Assembly: GCF_009914755.1 (NCBI RefSeq)
Contig: NC_060938.1
Reading direction: 5' to 3' (one strand)
DNA: 64,000 bases
DNA from: the human T2T-CHM13v2.0 reference genome, Homo sapiens
Shown piece by piece: positions 44,505 through 60,737 of the stretch. A model generated the notes under the pieces. That model was given only the letters and a program-made list of their open reading frames with translations. It was not told where the DNA came from and searched no databases. Numbering within the stretch: the first letter of the stretch is position 1; each line of letters begins with the position of its first letter. The translations under genes were made by a program, and so were the position numbers.

Positions 44505-45270
44505 ATTTTCTCAGGCCAGAAACCATTAAAGCCACACTTTATTCCCATCTTCTCCCTCCTGCCCCTGAGATCTGGTCTGTCAGCAACACTTGTTCATTTT
44601 GTCTTCACAATATGCCCAGAGCTCAACTACTTCTCCCACCCTCACTACCCAGTCCTGGTCCTGGTCTTGCTCTGAGAACTGTTCTCCCTGCTTCTATGCT
44701 GAAGCCCTGCCTCCTTTTGACCCAACAGGGTTCCTTTGAAATGTCATTCCAGATCTTGCCATTGCTCAGTTCGAAATCCTTGAAAGCTTCCTCATCTCCC
44801 TCTGAGAAACAGCCACTGTCTTTGCTAGCCTAGGAGACCATGCTCTTCTGTTTCCCGGTTATCTCTCTGCGCCTCATCCCTGATAACTCCTCCTGGCTCA
44901 GTCTTTTCCTGCCACACTGGCCTCCTTCCTACCTGGGCCACCTCAGGACACCTCTGCCTCAGGGCTCAGATGCCCGTCATTCCTCCCCACTGCTGTGTTC
45001 TGCATCAGGCTGCCTCATCTCCATTTGGCCTTTACTCAGAAACCACAGAGGCCTTCCTTGACCGCTGAATCTAAAATTTCTATTCCCCTCCCATTTCATA
45101 TCCAATTCAGTGCTTTATTTTTCATTAATACTTAACACTGTCTTCTCTGTTATACTTAGTCATTTTGTTTGCTTTTAATCTCTCCCACTAGAATGCAGGC
45201 CCCAGGAGGGTGGGGGCTTCTGTCCGAGTTGTTCAGTACAACGTGCCCGATTCCTCAAATGGTGCCTTGC
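44505..45270 (+). mobile_element. L2 remnant
   Basis: Pyrimidine-rich L2 3' region ending ctcccactagaatgcaggccccaggaggg. Confidence 0.7.
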
Positions 45271-47555
45271 CTCCCTGTTTCTCACTTCCCCTCCTTGCCT
45301 GTCTCCTTCCATCCCTTTCTCCATGTCTTTCCTCCTTTTCCTCTCTTCCTTTCTTCCTTCCTCCCGCTAATATTTATGTAATTAATTGCCACTAGGTTTT
45401 GTATAATTTTTTTCTCTCTAATAATAAATAATCCATAAATTTGATTTAATGGTAATATTGTATTAAGACTTTTGATAGAAATGTTTCCAGATATTGGTTC
45501 CTGTCTGTAGCTCCTGCACTTTGAGAGATAGTTCCTTCACTTTTTTCACTGAAGCCCATTTACCTATTACAAATGAAACAAGACTTAATTTGTATCAGGG
45601 ACTTCTCATGTTACTAATTTCTCATGCAGATAAGAAAAAAGAAAACATGACAGTGACACTCTAGTGGCTTCAGTAAGCGGCAGCAAGATAACAGAAATAC
45701 AAACAAATCTCTTTCATTTTAGTATAAATAAACATTGCAAAACATAGAAGAAGATATATACCTTTGTAGGCATGGCAGTTTGTTTATGAGCAAAATTTTA
45801 TGGCATGTGAGTGTTTTTAAGCATAGGAACACGAGGACTTATGAGGACTCCATTCTTATTTCTGGAAGTCATTAAGAAAAATATCAGTAATACTAGTGAT
45901 TCGGATGTAAAAAATGAGCCATTCTTTTTCTCATCTGCTTTGGCTTTCATGAGTTAGCTGCTTTCTATGGCTCAGGATGCAATGGCTTGAATTTGGTCTT
46001 GGCTTCTAAGTTGAGAACACCCCTAGCCTTTGTGGCTCCCTATTTCAAGCTATGTATTATCTCATGAAGAAAACAGTCAAATAACTGAGTTAACGATTTT
46101 CCATGATTTAAAAACAAAATAAAAACTATTTGTGTCAAATTATACATTAATAGGAAAATGATTTTTACTTGTTATTTGAAAAGAAATTGTTTATAATGAA
46201 AGAAAAAAGGTACTCATTCTAACTACATTCTCTGCCTCCAGTTGCTTCCTCTCACAGTTCATCTTATTTGCAGCTTAATTTCTGAGTATACATCGTCCCC
46301 CTACGAACACGTCCTGTGCTGACCTGTAGGAGCCCAGTGAGGCGTGTACCACTCAGTCAGCTTCAGGGTCTTCTGTGCACCCCCAGCTCACAGCTGCCTC
46401 ATCCATTTCTCCCTGTACTCTCCTTGTGTCCATCTACAATAATCACTCCTTCCCACTTACTCCCTTTTTTCCCAATCTCCATACCTTTGCTCATGTTGTC
46501 TCTTGACATTTTCTTTTTGTAGAAATTGTTCCTCTATTTCATGGCCATTTCCTAAAACCCCTCCTTTCAGTGGGGCCTTTCTTTATGCCCTGAGCCACTG
46601 TGGTCCATTCTCTGCCTTTGGACTGTCTGAGGTCCTGACCTTGTTATACTTTGTTGGGTATACTTGTCCTTCTGAGATTGCAGTGTGTCTTTCTGACCTC
46701 TCACCCTCATATTTGACAATCCTCAACTTGCACTCCTAGCTTTTGTAGCTCCTGTTGCTAAATGGAAATGTATTCAGTTTGATGGGTTTTCTCTTCTTTC
46801 CCCATGCAGCAGTTAAATTAGGTTAACAAAACTTTGCCTTGTAGACATTTTTGGAAATTAAGACTACTTTAGGCTTCATGTCTGGTTAACTTTTCTCTGA
46901 AAACAACATCATTACGTAGGAAAATGTCTTTGCTTAAGGTATTAATGGAGGGTATTTTAAGAAGGGAAGGTATTTTAAGAAATAAGAGAAAATCTAAAGT
47001 AATTTCAGCTGCTATTGCCTGTGCTGCTGTACTGATGGTGATAATTGTCCGGTGGCAGCAGCATTTGGTAATATGAATAGTTTATGCTTGTCAGCCATGC
47101 CTTATGAAGCTTAAAACTTTATCTCCCCCTTTTTATAATTCAAAGAAGTATAACATCCAAATTCTAAGTATTTATTCTTCAGACATTGCTCTGGGGTTCT
47201 GCCTTCTTAATTTCCTAATTAGTATGCATAGTGACATGGTATAGCCATATAGAGACCTTGATCTTTACTGATCTCTTTAAGGAAATGTTATTTTTGGTCT
47301 TTAAATAAATATCCTCAGAAGTCTTGATTATGTGCTCCTTTGGACCCACCCTGGTCTTGAAAGCATTGGTTTCATTTTTCATATTACAGTATCCTACATC
47401 ACTTTTCTCATTCTTTCTCCCTCACTGGCTTTACCCATCAAAAATCATTCCCTAGCTCTGTGAGGAGCCCCACAGTTCAGGCCTGCAGTGCATGTACATG
47501 TGTTCAGGCATCTCACATCCCAGAAGCCTCACCACAGCACCTGTCTCTCTTGCAG

Positions 47556-47744
47556 CTCATGACACTGAGAGGTTCGGTCCTGGAGGACGCCATTCCGTCG
47601 ACAGCCAAGCACTCGACAGCCAGAGGCCTGCCTCTCAAAGAAGTGCTGGAGCACGTGGTTCCTGAGCTCAATGTCCAGTGCCTGCGGTTGGCCTTCAACA
47701 CACCCAAGGTCACAGAGCAGCTCATGAAACTGGATGAACAAGGG
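47556..47744 (+). CDS. SIPA1L1: SIPA1L1 coding exon, 189 nt: [63 protein letters not shown]
   Basis: Acceptor ctgtctctcttgcag|ctc; donor GGG|gtgagt; phase 0 at both ends; sequence matches the SIPA1-family segment leading into the RapGAP domain. Confidence 0.96.
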
Positions 47745-48084
47745 GTGAGTTTGCCTTTCTGAGGAGAGCATTCTTGCTCAGGTTTATTGCTAGGCTTCCG
47801 GAATACAGACCTTAATGTTTCTTGTTTTGATGGAGATAATTGATACTTTTTATTGTGAAAGACACTCTCTTTGCAATTACTCATTTTGTTTTTTCTTAAC
47901 TCTGAACTCTGAACATTTCTCATCTGATGAAATTCTGCATGTCAGAATTTATAAATAAGGCACTTTAAACTACGTTAAATTCTTTTGATAATCTTCCATA
48001 TGTACGGTAAGTTTTTCGAGTGTCCAAGAATAAATAATAGCAGTAATCATAATAATGTTGTGTTAATGACAATACAGTAATAAC

Positions 48085-48325
48085 AGTAATTAATAATAAT
48101 GAGCATATTTGCAAGCCCCTTTTCTAAGTGCCTTAAATATGTTATCTCATTTAATCTCCCTACACTGTGAGAAAGGTACTATTATTATTCACATTTTAGA
48201 GAGAAGGATTCTGGGACACAGAGAGATTAAGTAATAAATCCAATTTCACACAGTTAGTAAGTTTTGGAACCAGGGTGCAAACATAGTCTGCCTCAAAGTC
48301 TGTGCCACTTCACCGCGCTGTTCTT
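48085..48325 (-). mobile_element. MIR
   Basis: ttatctcatttaatc...tattattattcacattttagagag...gagattaagtaa. Confidence 0.75.
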
Positions 48326-48733
48326 AAAAGCTTAGAGTTTCAAAGTCTATTAGTACCACCAAAGATATATTCTAGCCAAGATTTTTAAATATAAAAATGT
48401 AAAATTTCACATTCTGCTTAGAGTAATTTGAGCATATGGGCCAATTTTATAGATAATATATTTATATACTCTTACTTTAATTCTTTCTTTTAGCATTTTA
48501 GCCATATTGCATCCTAGTAGTGGGTGGTAGTAGTTTTAACATTACATTTAAAAATTACTCCAAAAATAAAATTGGTTCAGGTAGTTTATTTATTTTTTTT
48601 CCCCATTATGTTCATTTTTCACAGAAGGGTCCAGCTATTGAATGTCATTTTGTGACCAGATTTGGATAGGATTTCCTTAATCAAAAATTCAAATTTTATT
48701 AAAATGAATGAGAGTCCAAAAAATCAGTTTTAA

Positions 48734-49021
<288 letters not shown>

Positions 49022-50639
49022 TAATGCACAGCTAATATCTATTTGACACATACATCTGAAGAATGCTGTGAGTATCCATGTTCATAATGTGAAAATTTGT
49101 TGCCCTTTGAATTCTTCAAAAGACTACTGACATATAAACGTAACTATTTTGGAGGCTGTTTTCCAGTAATATTCTGAACATTTATTCTAACAAAGGAGTA
49201 GAAAAATGATGTTTAGGTCCAACTTTATTGATTCGGTCATTTCTACTACTGTGTTTATCAAGGAGAATAAAAACATTTAGACATTGATAATATAGTCATA
49301 TACTTAACATTTGAAATTTCTATTAAAACAGATTATTTTATGTAAAGGAGATAGTTATTGCCATTTTCTTTTGTTTTAACTATATTAAATAAAAATGGAT
49401 ACTCTACTTGTAGACATTATGGGGATTTCTGACACATTTTATGTCCTCTGTTAGTGATGCCAAGTGCTGGATCACAGACGGTGCTGATCTGTGATAAATA
49501 TTTTATAGTCCTATCCACATGGGAAAGATAAGAACACTATAAAGAGTTGAACTCAAAGTTTATTTAATTCACAAAACTGGCCATTATTTTGAAATTATGG
49601 CCTTCCTATTCTTGGAAGCATTAAAATGTCCCTTCCTTCATAAATTATTAATCATAATATATGATAGTTGTTTTCTTTAATATCTTTACTAGGCAAAATT
49701 AAAATTTGGCAATCAGTCAGTCTCTTCAATTTTACTTTGAAAGTAAGTGCCTTAAATATGTCATCCCGTTCAACAGGAGTATTACTATTAGACAGTAGTT
49801 TTTTACTAGACAGTGGAATCTAGAGGTTCAAAGCATGCTATTCTATATGAACAGCTCCATGTCTGGACTAAAGAGCACCGGGGGTTAGCCTCTGTCTTTT
49901 TTTTATCTCCATACATACAGCATTCAAAGCCTGGATTGTACTGAGATAAAGCAGACGACATGCATACTTAGGCTTTTAGTCTTGGGAGTAATTTTTTTGG
50001 TAGGAAATCTCATTAATGCCTTGGAATTATTTTGAGAAACTGATTATTTTGGTGCCTTTACAAATACAGATTTTAAAAAGGAAATGCTTATAAGTGCAGT
50101 GGATTATGCATATGAATCATTGCAAAGCATTTTTAGTTTCCATCTGTGTCGTCATATTTTAAAATTTCCAGCTTTGTGTGTCGTTATATTTAAAGAGATT
50201 CATAGTGTGATACAAGGAAACTGGACTCATCAGAAGGAGCTTTAAATCTCTTTTTATATTTGGTTTAAATGATTCTTTTAATATATTTTATGTTTTTATT
50301 AACTGTCTTACATAACCATGCTTTGTAAAAGAAGACACAATTTATTTCCTATATTGTGGCATTTTGCCTTTCAAATCTTTGGTGCTTTAATTCCTCATTT
50401 TACCACTATCAAAAGCTAAAGTGAACAGAAAAATTAAAATTTTATCTATTAAATATAAAAGAAAGCACTGCACAAAAATCTAATAATTTTTTTATTTAAC
50501 TTGACAGTGATATATATGTGGGAGCTGAAGTATGCATTTCAATTCCTGAAGAAACTTATTTTAGAAAACGAACTAATTTTTTTAGCTTATCCAAGCTTTT
50601 ACATTCTCCATCCTGATGCCTTTCTGGGACTTTCACTAC

Positions 50640-50936
<297 letters not shown>

Positions 50937-51486
50937 TTTCACTACTTAGTGATGCCCATGTCAGTTGTTAAAATGGCAATGAGAAGACAAAACTAACCTC
51001 CTAATATTTTCACACCAATAAGAATTTATAACACTTGATGCTTTAGAAAATTTGTGTTCTTACTGTCAGGCACCTTGATCTTCACTTACAGTACAGTTGG
51101 GGGCATCTCATGATAAAAACAAATGAAATAAATACATATTTCATTTTACTATGTTCTAATCACTTTACTGGCATAATCTGATTTAATCCTCACAGCAACC
51201 CTGTGCAATAGATTCCAACTATTGGCCTATTTTACAGTCAAGGGGATTAAGGCATACAGAAATTCCCAGAGCTGTTTTTCTTACCTGTCATCCCTTAATA
51301 GCCCTGAGCACTGGATATAAATTTGCATAATACAGCTCTTCAATTTTAAGATTTCCAAGATCCCATTTACATATCTCGAATTACTTTCTTTTTAATTTCT
51401 TTTTTAAAAATCTGTCATCTTTATTTTTTTAATTTCTAACTAGGAATTCAGTGTAGAATATTGGAATATTCTGATGCTTAAAACTA

Positions 51487-51633
<147 letters not shown>

Positions 51634-52432
51634 ACTACACTGTGAAGTATTAGGAATTTTGTTATTTAATCAAGTCAGCTTTTAAATAATGTAGAAAATT
51701 CAGATACTTTTAAATTTGCCATATCAGAGCCATTTTTCTTCAACAGTCATTTAAAAATACCTATATTTCATCTACTCTGTGCAAGGGGAATGAAAGATGA
51801 TTATGTCAAGCCCTGGTTTAAGGCGTTCCCACATGTAAAGCACTTAGTACAGTGCTGAGCATGTGATAAAACGTTGAAGAAATAGGAGCTGTTGATAATA
51901 AGATAATAACTTGTTAGTAGCCCTTTACATACATTATCTCATTTAATCTTTATACATATCCTATGAGAGAGCTTCTGTTGTAGTTGATACATTATGCTCA
52001 CTTTCACAAGTAAGCAGGACTGTTTCAAATCCAATAAATGCTTTTTAAGTATGACTCTGCAGGTTGTTAAATACTGTAGAGAACAAAATAGGCTAGTAAG
52101 ACATAGTCCTTATCCATGAAGGAGACAGGGTCATAAATTACTGTAATGGATGTCAGGGTTAATATAATAAATCTAATAAGAGAATTGCAAACAAAGAGCA
52201 TGGAGGTACAAGCCAGTGGGGACAAGTCATAATGGTTAACTGGATCAGAATGAGATGGGCCTTGGAGGGGAAGAAGATTTCATCAGGCCAGGGAATAAGC
52301 AGTTGGGTGGTCCATACTCAGAACAATAAGAACGAGACTCGGAAGGACAGAAGCACACAGTGCGTTCATGAGGCAGCAAGGAATCCCGCTGAGCAGGAGT
52401 GTGAGGCACATGTAAGGGAGTAATAAAAGTAG

Positions 52433-52727
<295 letters not shown>

Positions 52728-54352
52728 AAAAGTAGATGATTTTTATTGACAGTGACTAGGCCAGGCACTGTGTGAAACAGTTTCCATGAATTATTTTAAT
52801 TAATCCTCAGAATGCTTTGATACTATTATTGTTCCTGTTTTATAGCTAAGAGCACTGAGACACAAAGACCAGTCACAATTAGAGTCTGTGCAGGCTGGTC
52901 TTGAATCCAGGCACTCAGACTCTAGAGCCTGCATTCTCAACCAGTACATCAGCCACCCTGTCCTCTTTTCCCTCCCCATGAATGGAAGAAGAAACTGGAA
53001 TTATATTGCTGCAGACTTCAGTGCCCGGTATTCAGTGTAATATGTTAAACCCAAATAAAATTGGAATGGGTCTGGTTTATAAATATTTAAGGTACAGTTG
53101 CTAGTTTGCAGTAGAGAAAATTGGTAGTTCTGTTTTCATTAGGAAATGTCAGGTTTCATGTAAATGGTAGTGACTTTGCCTAAATGAATCTTCACTGTTT
53201 TTCTAGATTATTAAAAATGCAGTGAAATGAAAATATTTATTGAGTTTCAAATTTTAAGAAGTTATCCTTCAGGTTATTAAAGTCAGAGTAAGGGAGAAAG
53301 TGATCATATTTAATTTAACTCTGCAATAAATATCTCAAGAATGGATATAAGGAAATGAGCAATGTTTATGTGGTAATGAATAGCACTGACCCTTTGATTA
53401 AGGACATGAATGAAATTCTCTGCTGACTTCGCCTATTCATTGCCTTGCTGCGTTATTTTATTGTGAGGATAAATGAGTTTGACTAGCCATTTTCTCTTTG
53501 ATTCAGGCAGCTAGTTTTGAAAAATGATCCATAGGGGAAATATTTTTTCCAAAACTGATTTTCTCTAAATGAAGCTTTGGCAGAACAATTGCCATTCCTA
53601 GAATTTTAATCGTCTCTTAGATTATGATATTAGCTAATGCATGTTTAGAGTTCAGATGGCTACCAAATTGATTCCAGACAACTGGTGGATCCGTATGTAC
53701 ATTTTCAGGAAGGAGATATCCACCATGGCCATCTAGTCAGGGGAAGAAATCAGTGGCATCTGTAGCTTTGTCTTGTGTGTTCACAAGTAGTGATCACCCT
53801 GTGCTGGCCTATCGCTGTTCTTTTGCCTGGCTGAGGCTGGATTGGATGACAGGATAGAGTCCCTTCCAATGAGAAGATTTTGTGATTAATGGGACTGATA
53901 GCATTAGCATTTGGAAGACATGCGGCTGTGGTAGGACTGCAGTTTGCAGTGAGAGAACACAGCAAGACTAAGATCACACGTGAGGACTTGGATCACGATT
54001 CAGAAGGATGCAGGAACTGGTGGCAAACATTTGTCTTCTGGATTTTGAATTGTGGATTGTGTTTTAAATTCAGCTTTAAAATAAAAGTTAAACCAATTTC
54101 TTTCCTATAGGATTTATCTAAACTAGGCAATAGTTTCAAATGGTCCCAAAATCAAAGCAGTATGACTATGTTTACATTCAGGGGTTCCATTTCTACCTGT
54201 TCCTATGACCCTTTTCTCCCCTGCCTTGTAGTTAATCACCTTATTAACTACAAGGTGTAGTATTTCTGTTTCATTATGCAGTTTCTGTATTTCTGTTTCA
54301 TTATGCAGATACCACCAAATATGCATATGCAGCTTTATTTCACCCCTTTCTT

Positions 54353-54724
54353 TTATATATTATATATATACATATATATATACTTTAAGTTCTAGGGTAC
54401 ATGTGCACAACATGAAGGTTTGTTACATAGGTATACATGTGCCATGTTGGTTTGCTGCACCTATCAACTTGTCATTTATACTAGGCATTTCTCCCAATGC
54501 TATCCCTCCCCCAGCCCCCCAGCCCCTGACAGGCCTGTGTGTGATGTTCCCCACCTTGTGTCCATGTGTTCTCATTGTTCAGTTCCCACCTATGAGTGAG
54601 AACATGCAGTGTTTGGTTTTCTGTCCTTGTGATAGTTTGCTGAGAATTATGGTTTCCAGCTTCATCCATGTCCCTGAAAAGGACATGAACTCATCCTTTT
54701 TTATGGCTGCATAGTATTCCATGC
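54353..54724 (-). mobile_element. 5'-truncated L1PA 3' end
   Basis: L1PA 3' UTR; perfect 16-bp TSD ATTTCACCCCTTTCTT at 54337-52 and 54725-40. Confidence 0.93.
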
Positions 54725-56601
54725 ATTTCACCCCTTTCTTATACAAGATATAACAGGCTGTAGACACTTGCTTTTTTCATTTAGGAATATATTTTTGAGA
54801 TTTTTTTCGTCAGTACATAGAAAGGTTTCCCAGTATTTTTACTACTGCATAGTAGCATAGTATTTTGTTGTACTGCTGTGCCATAGTTTATTTCATCAGT
54901 TTCTCTATTGATGGGCATGTATGTGTAGATTTAAGTCCTTTTCTCTTACAAACAGTACTGCAATGAAGACTTTTTCTGTAGAATTGAAATTCATCTCAAT
55001 GTCAAAAAAATCAGGTACCTTTATTATCAACTTAATACCCAATATGAAACTTTTTATCTTTGTGAGAAATTTTGCACAATAACATTATTAGGTAAAATTA
55101 TTGTGTGTGGATTATTTCCTTTACATTATGCCAAAGATAAAAATAGGTTAGAATATGTCTGTGTACTTATATATAAATAATTTTGAAAGCATCTGTCAGG
55201 TTTTTTCTTTTTACAACTTTACTATTTAGTATCCATATGTCATTTTTTTAAAACAGTTGGATTTTTGTTAGTAATTCCCAATGAGGATATACATTTTCTA
55301 ACTGGCATTTTTTGCTCTCAATACGGAATTTTTCCAGTTTCTTTGTCATTCTTTTTGGAGGACAGTATAGAAATTTATCTTCAGGAAGTAGTTAAGAGAG
55401 TTATGTATATGAAGAACAAATCAAAGCAAATAATGTGAATTAGAACAATTTTTTTTGTTTTATTTTAATGACCAAGGTCTTTACTTTCAGTAATGGCAAA
55501 GTTGCTTATTGCAGACCGGCCCATCCATTGAGAATAACCAGGAAAATTGAACAAAATATTTTTAAAACTAAGTTTGGACTCTGGATTCTGGAAAGATGGA
55601 GTAGATGTATTTCTCTGCGTTCTTCCTGCTAGGTACAGCCAACAACCTTGGACACATATATAAAACAAACATAAAATGAATCTGAAAGGTGGAGAGAAGC
55701 AGCAGGCTGGTTAGGGACCTTGAGATCTCTGGAATGGCATAGCTGTGAGGTCCCTGGGTTTTCTCTTTGCTCATATATCCCAGTCTTGGGCTGAAGAAGT
55801 CAGCAAACTGGAAATGCCTATAGGCACAGCCAAAATGTCCCCCAAATGTCTGTTCTTTTTAGCAAAAGGACCAAAAAAAACAAACTTAGAAAACTTTAAA
55901 ACAGGAATCTCTCTACTCCAACTGCACAGTACAAAAAGAAGCTAACAACAACAACAACAAAAAACCCACAGCCTTCCCTCCTCCCTAATCCTTGCTGAGG
56001 CATTGTTAGAGAAGGCTAAGTGAGGAACTGGAACTTTCATCACGGTGGAGTGGTAATGAAGTGCCCCTCCAGCTCCCCACTGTGTGGCATCAGAAGAGGC
56101 CTGGTGGAGAGTCAGGACATTTTTGCACACCCAGCAATAACGGGGTCTTCTTACCAAAGTGTCAGTGAAAGCCACGTGGGGAGTAGTAATCATGCATGCC
56201 TGATACCAACCAGGGCAGTATCAGGAGAGACTCAGCAGGGAGCTGGAATTGTTGCCACTGCCTAGCAATACAGAGGTGTTGCTTTCCCTTAGGTGTCATG
56301 GAGGGAACTTGATGTTCAACCCCACCTAGCAGTGTCATTTTTTCCATACCAGAATGGTAATAAAGAAGGCCTGCTAAATAGAGGATTTAAATAAGATCCA
56401 GAGTCTCGTAAGTTAATATCCAAAATGTCCAAAATTGAATTTAAAATCACTGCTTATACCAACAATTGGGAAAATCTCAACTTAAGGGAAAATTTGATCA
56501 ACACATGCCAACACTAAGATGACACAGTTGTTAGAATTATCTAACAATGATTTTCTGACAGCCATCATGAAAATGTTTCAATGAGCAATTACAAGCATGA
56601 T

Positions 56602-56967
56602 TGTTATGTTATGTTATGTTATGTTATGTTATGTTATGTTATGTTATGTTATGTTATGTTCTGTTCTGTTCTTTGGAGATGGGGCCTCACTCTGTCGCCA
56701 GGCTGCAGTGCAGTGGCTTGATTTCGGCTCACTGCAACCTCCGCCCTCCGGGTTCAAGCGATTCTCTTGCCTCAGCCTCCTGAGTAATGTGTGTATTTTT
56801 AGTATTTTTGTATTTTTATTAGAGACGCCCAGCTAATTTTTGTATTTTTAGTAGAGACGGGGTTTCACCATGTTGGCTAGGATGGTCTCGATCTCTTGAC
56901 CTCATGATCCTCCTGCCTAGGCTTCCCAAAGTGCTGGGATTACAGGCGTGAGCCACAGCACCCAGCC
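56602..56967 (-). mobile_element. AluS with a (TGTTA)~11 pentanucleotide tail and internal rearrangement
   Basis: TSD ACAAGCATGATT; repeat directly visible. Confidence 0.92.
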
Positions 56968-57615
56968 ACAAGCATGATTTTTAAAAATGAAAAAATAGAA
57001 AGTCTTAGCAAAAAATTGAAGGTATTAAGGAACAAATGGAAATGTTAGAACTGAAAAATAGAACAGTCAAAATGTAAAACTCAGTAGATAGGTTTTTAGG
57101 ATGCTAGTGGACCCTGAATATGGGCCATTAGCAGTCTACCAAAAATTATAAATTCTGAAATGTAAGGTACTTCAATGGGCTAGACACCCTAGAAGCCCCT
57201 GTCCCCAGAGACAAAATGGAAGGGACAGAGGAAAAAATCAGTGAACTTGAAGATAAAACAAATAGGAATCACCAAATCTGAGCAACAAAGAGTAGACTGG
57301 GGGAAACAAATGAACAGAGCTTCACGGTTTGTGGGGCTATAATAAAATATTTAACAATTGTGTCTTGGAAGAAGAGGAGAAAGATGGCAGGCCTTGAAAA
57401 AGTATTCAAAGAAATATTTGGTAAGAAGTTTCCCAAATTTGGTCAAAGGTGTAAACCCACACATGACAGAAACTGAGCAAATCCCAAACAGTATAAATCC
57501 AAAGAAGTCCACAGCAAGAGACATCATAGTAAAATTTTTGAACACTAAATACAAAAAAAAAAAAAACTTGAAAGAAGCAAAAGATAAATGACATGTTACC
57601 TATAAGGGAAGAACG

Positions 57616-57942
<327 letters not shown>

Positions 57943-58149
57943 TCACAGATTTTTTTTTTTTATCAGAAATCATGGAGGCCAGAAGGAAGTGGCATGATAA
58001 TTTTTCAGGAGATGGAAGAAAAGAACTGTCAACCCAGAATTCTGTGTTCAGGGAGAATATCCTTCAGGAATGAAATTGAGACATTCTCAGATAAAGGAAA
58101 ATTAAGAGAACTTGTTACCAGGAAACCTACCCTTAAAAAGTAGCTAAGT

Positions 58150-58800
<651 letters not shown>

Positions 58801-60255
58801 AGGGATCTTGGAACTTCAGAGAGAAGGAAAGAGTAAAAATATGGGTAAATACTTTTCTTAATGAGTTTTCTAAATTATTTTGCCATTTGAAGCAAATGCT
58901 ATAACAATGTCAAATGTGCTTTTCAAACATATGTACAAGAATTTTTTAATGTAAGTGTTTTATAAATGGCAGAGAGTAAAGAGACTAAAGAGAGGTAAAG
59001 TTTCTACACTTCGCTTCAATTGGTAAAACGGTGCATGTAGATATCAACTACATAGATAAAGATATATATAGTAATACATAGAGCAATCACTAATAATACT
59101 TAAGTTCTAAGAGATACATTCAAAAGCCCTATAGATAAATCAGAAAAGAATTCTAAAGAGCACTCAAGTAATTCTCAGAAAGATAAAATAAATGAAAGAT
59201 AAAATGACAGACTTAAACTCTAATGCAGAAATTAGTTCATTAAAAGCAAAAGATCTAAATATACCAATTAAAGGACAGAGATTGGTAGACTGGATTTTAA
59301 AAAGCATTATCTAATTATATAAACTATAGAGTTACTTGAAATATAAGTAGTTGAAAGGAAAGAATGGAAAAAGACCATGCAAACATGAATCAAAGGAAAG
59401 CTATAGGGCTTAGTAATGTCAGGTAAAGTAAACTTCAGAGCAAAGAAAGTTAACAGAGACAGAGAGGATCATTGCATAATGATGAAGAGGTCAATCCACC
59501 AAGAAGACAGCAATCCTAGGTATATGTGCATCAAACAGAGCTGTAAATGTGAAGGAAAAAAACTGATGAAACTAAAAGGAGAAATAGGTAAATACACAAT
59601 TATAGTTGGTGATTTTAACATCTCTCCTTCAACAATGGAAAGGAAAACTAGACAGAAAATCAGCAAAGACATAGAACTTCACAACATCAACCAATAGGAT
59701 CTAATTGACATAAAGCACTTTACTCACAACAGCAGAATACATGTTCTTTTCAGTTGCACATGGAATGTATGCCAAGATAGACATCCTGTCCCATGAAATA
59801 AACATCCTCAAATTTAAAAGAAGTGAAATAACAAAAAGTATATTTTCTAATCAAACTGGAATCAAACTAGAAATAACAGAAACATAATGGAAAAATCTCT
59901 AAGCACTTGGAAACTAAAAAAACAGATTTCTAAGTAACCAGTAGGTCAAAGAAAACACTTCAAGGGAAATGAAAAAATGTATGTAAACTGAATGGAAAGG
60001 AAAAGACAACATATGAAACTTTGTGGGATGCAATTAAAGCAGGCTGAGGGGGAAATTGACAGTATGAAATGCTGCGTTAGAAAAGACAAAACATCTCAAA
60101 CCAGTAATCTAAGCTCATAACCTTATATGACTAGAAAGAGAAGAGCAAAATAAATCCAAAGCAACTAGAAAGAAGGAAATGGTATAGATCAGAAATCAAT
60201 GAAATTAAAAATAGAAAAACATTTGAGGAAATTAATGAAATGAAAGGCTAGATCT

Positions 60256-60563
60256 GGCCAGGCGAGGTGGCTCACGCCTATAATCCCAACACTTTGGGAG
60301 GCCGAGGTGGGCAGATCACTTGCGATCAGGTGAGTGGATCACTTGAGACCAGCCTGGCCAACATGGTGAAACCACGACTCTACTAAACATACAAAAATTA
60401 GCCGGGCATGGTGGTGCATGCCTGTAATCTCAGCTACTCAAGAGGCTGAGGCAGGAGAATTATTTGAACCCGGGAGGCAGGGGTCGCAGTGAGCTGAGAT
60501 GGCGCCACTGCACTCCAGCCTGAGTGACAGAATGAGACTCCATCTTTAAAAAAAAAAAAAAAA
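60256..60563 (+). mobile_element. AluS
   Basis: Alu dimer with A16 tail. Confidence 0.93.
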
Positions 60564-60737
60564 CAGCTACATCTTTGGGGTTTAAAAAAAAATTTTTTTT
60601 TTTTCATAAAACCCAGATCCTGTGTGTGCACGCGTGCACACACACACACACACGCTAGATCTTTGAAAAGATGATAAAATTGAAAATCCTCTAACAAGAC
60701 TGACAAAGAAAAACAGACAATACAAATCTTGTCAACA

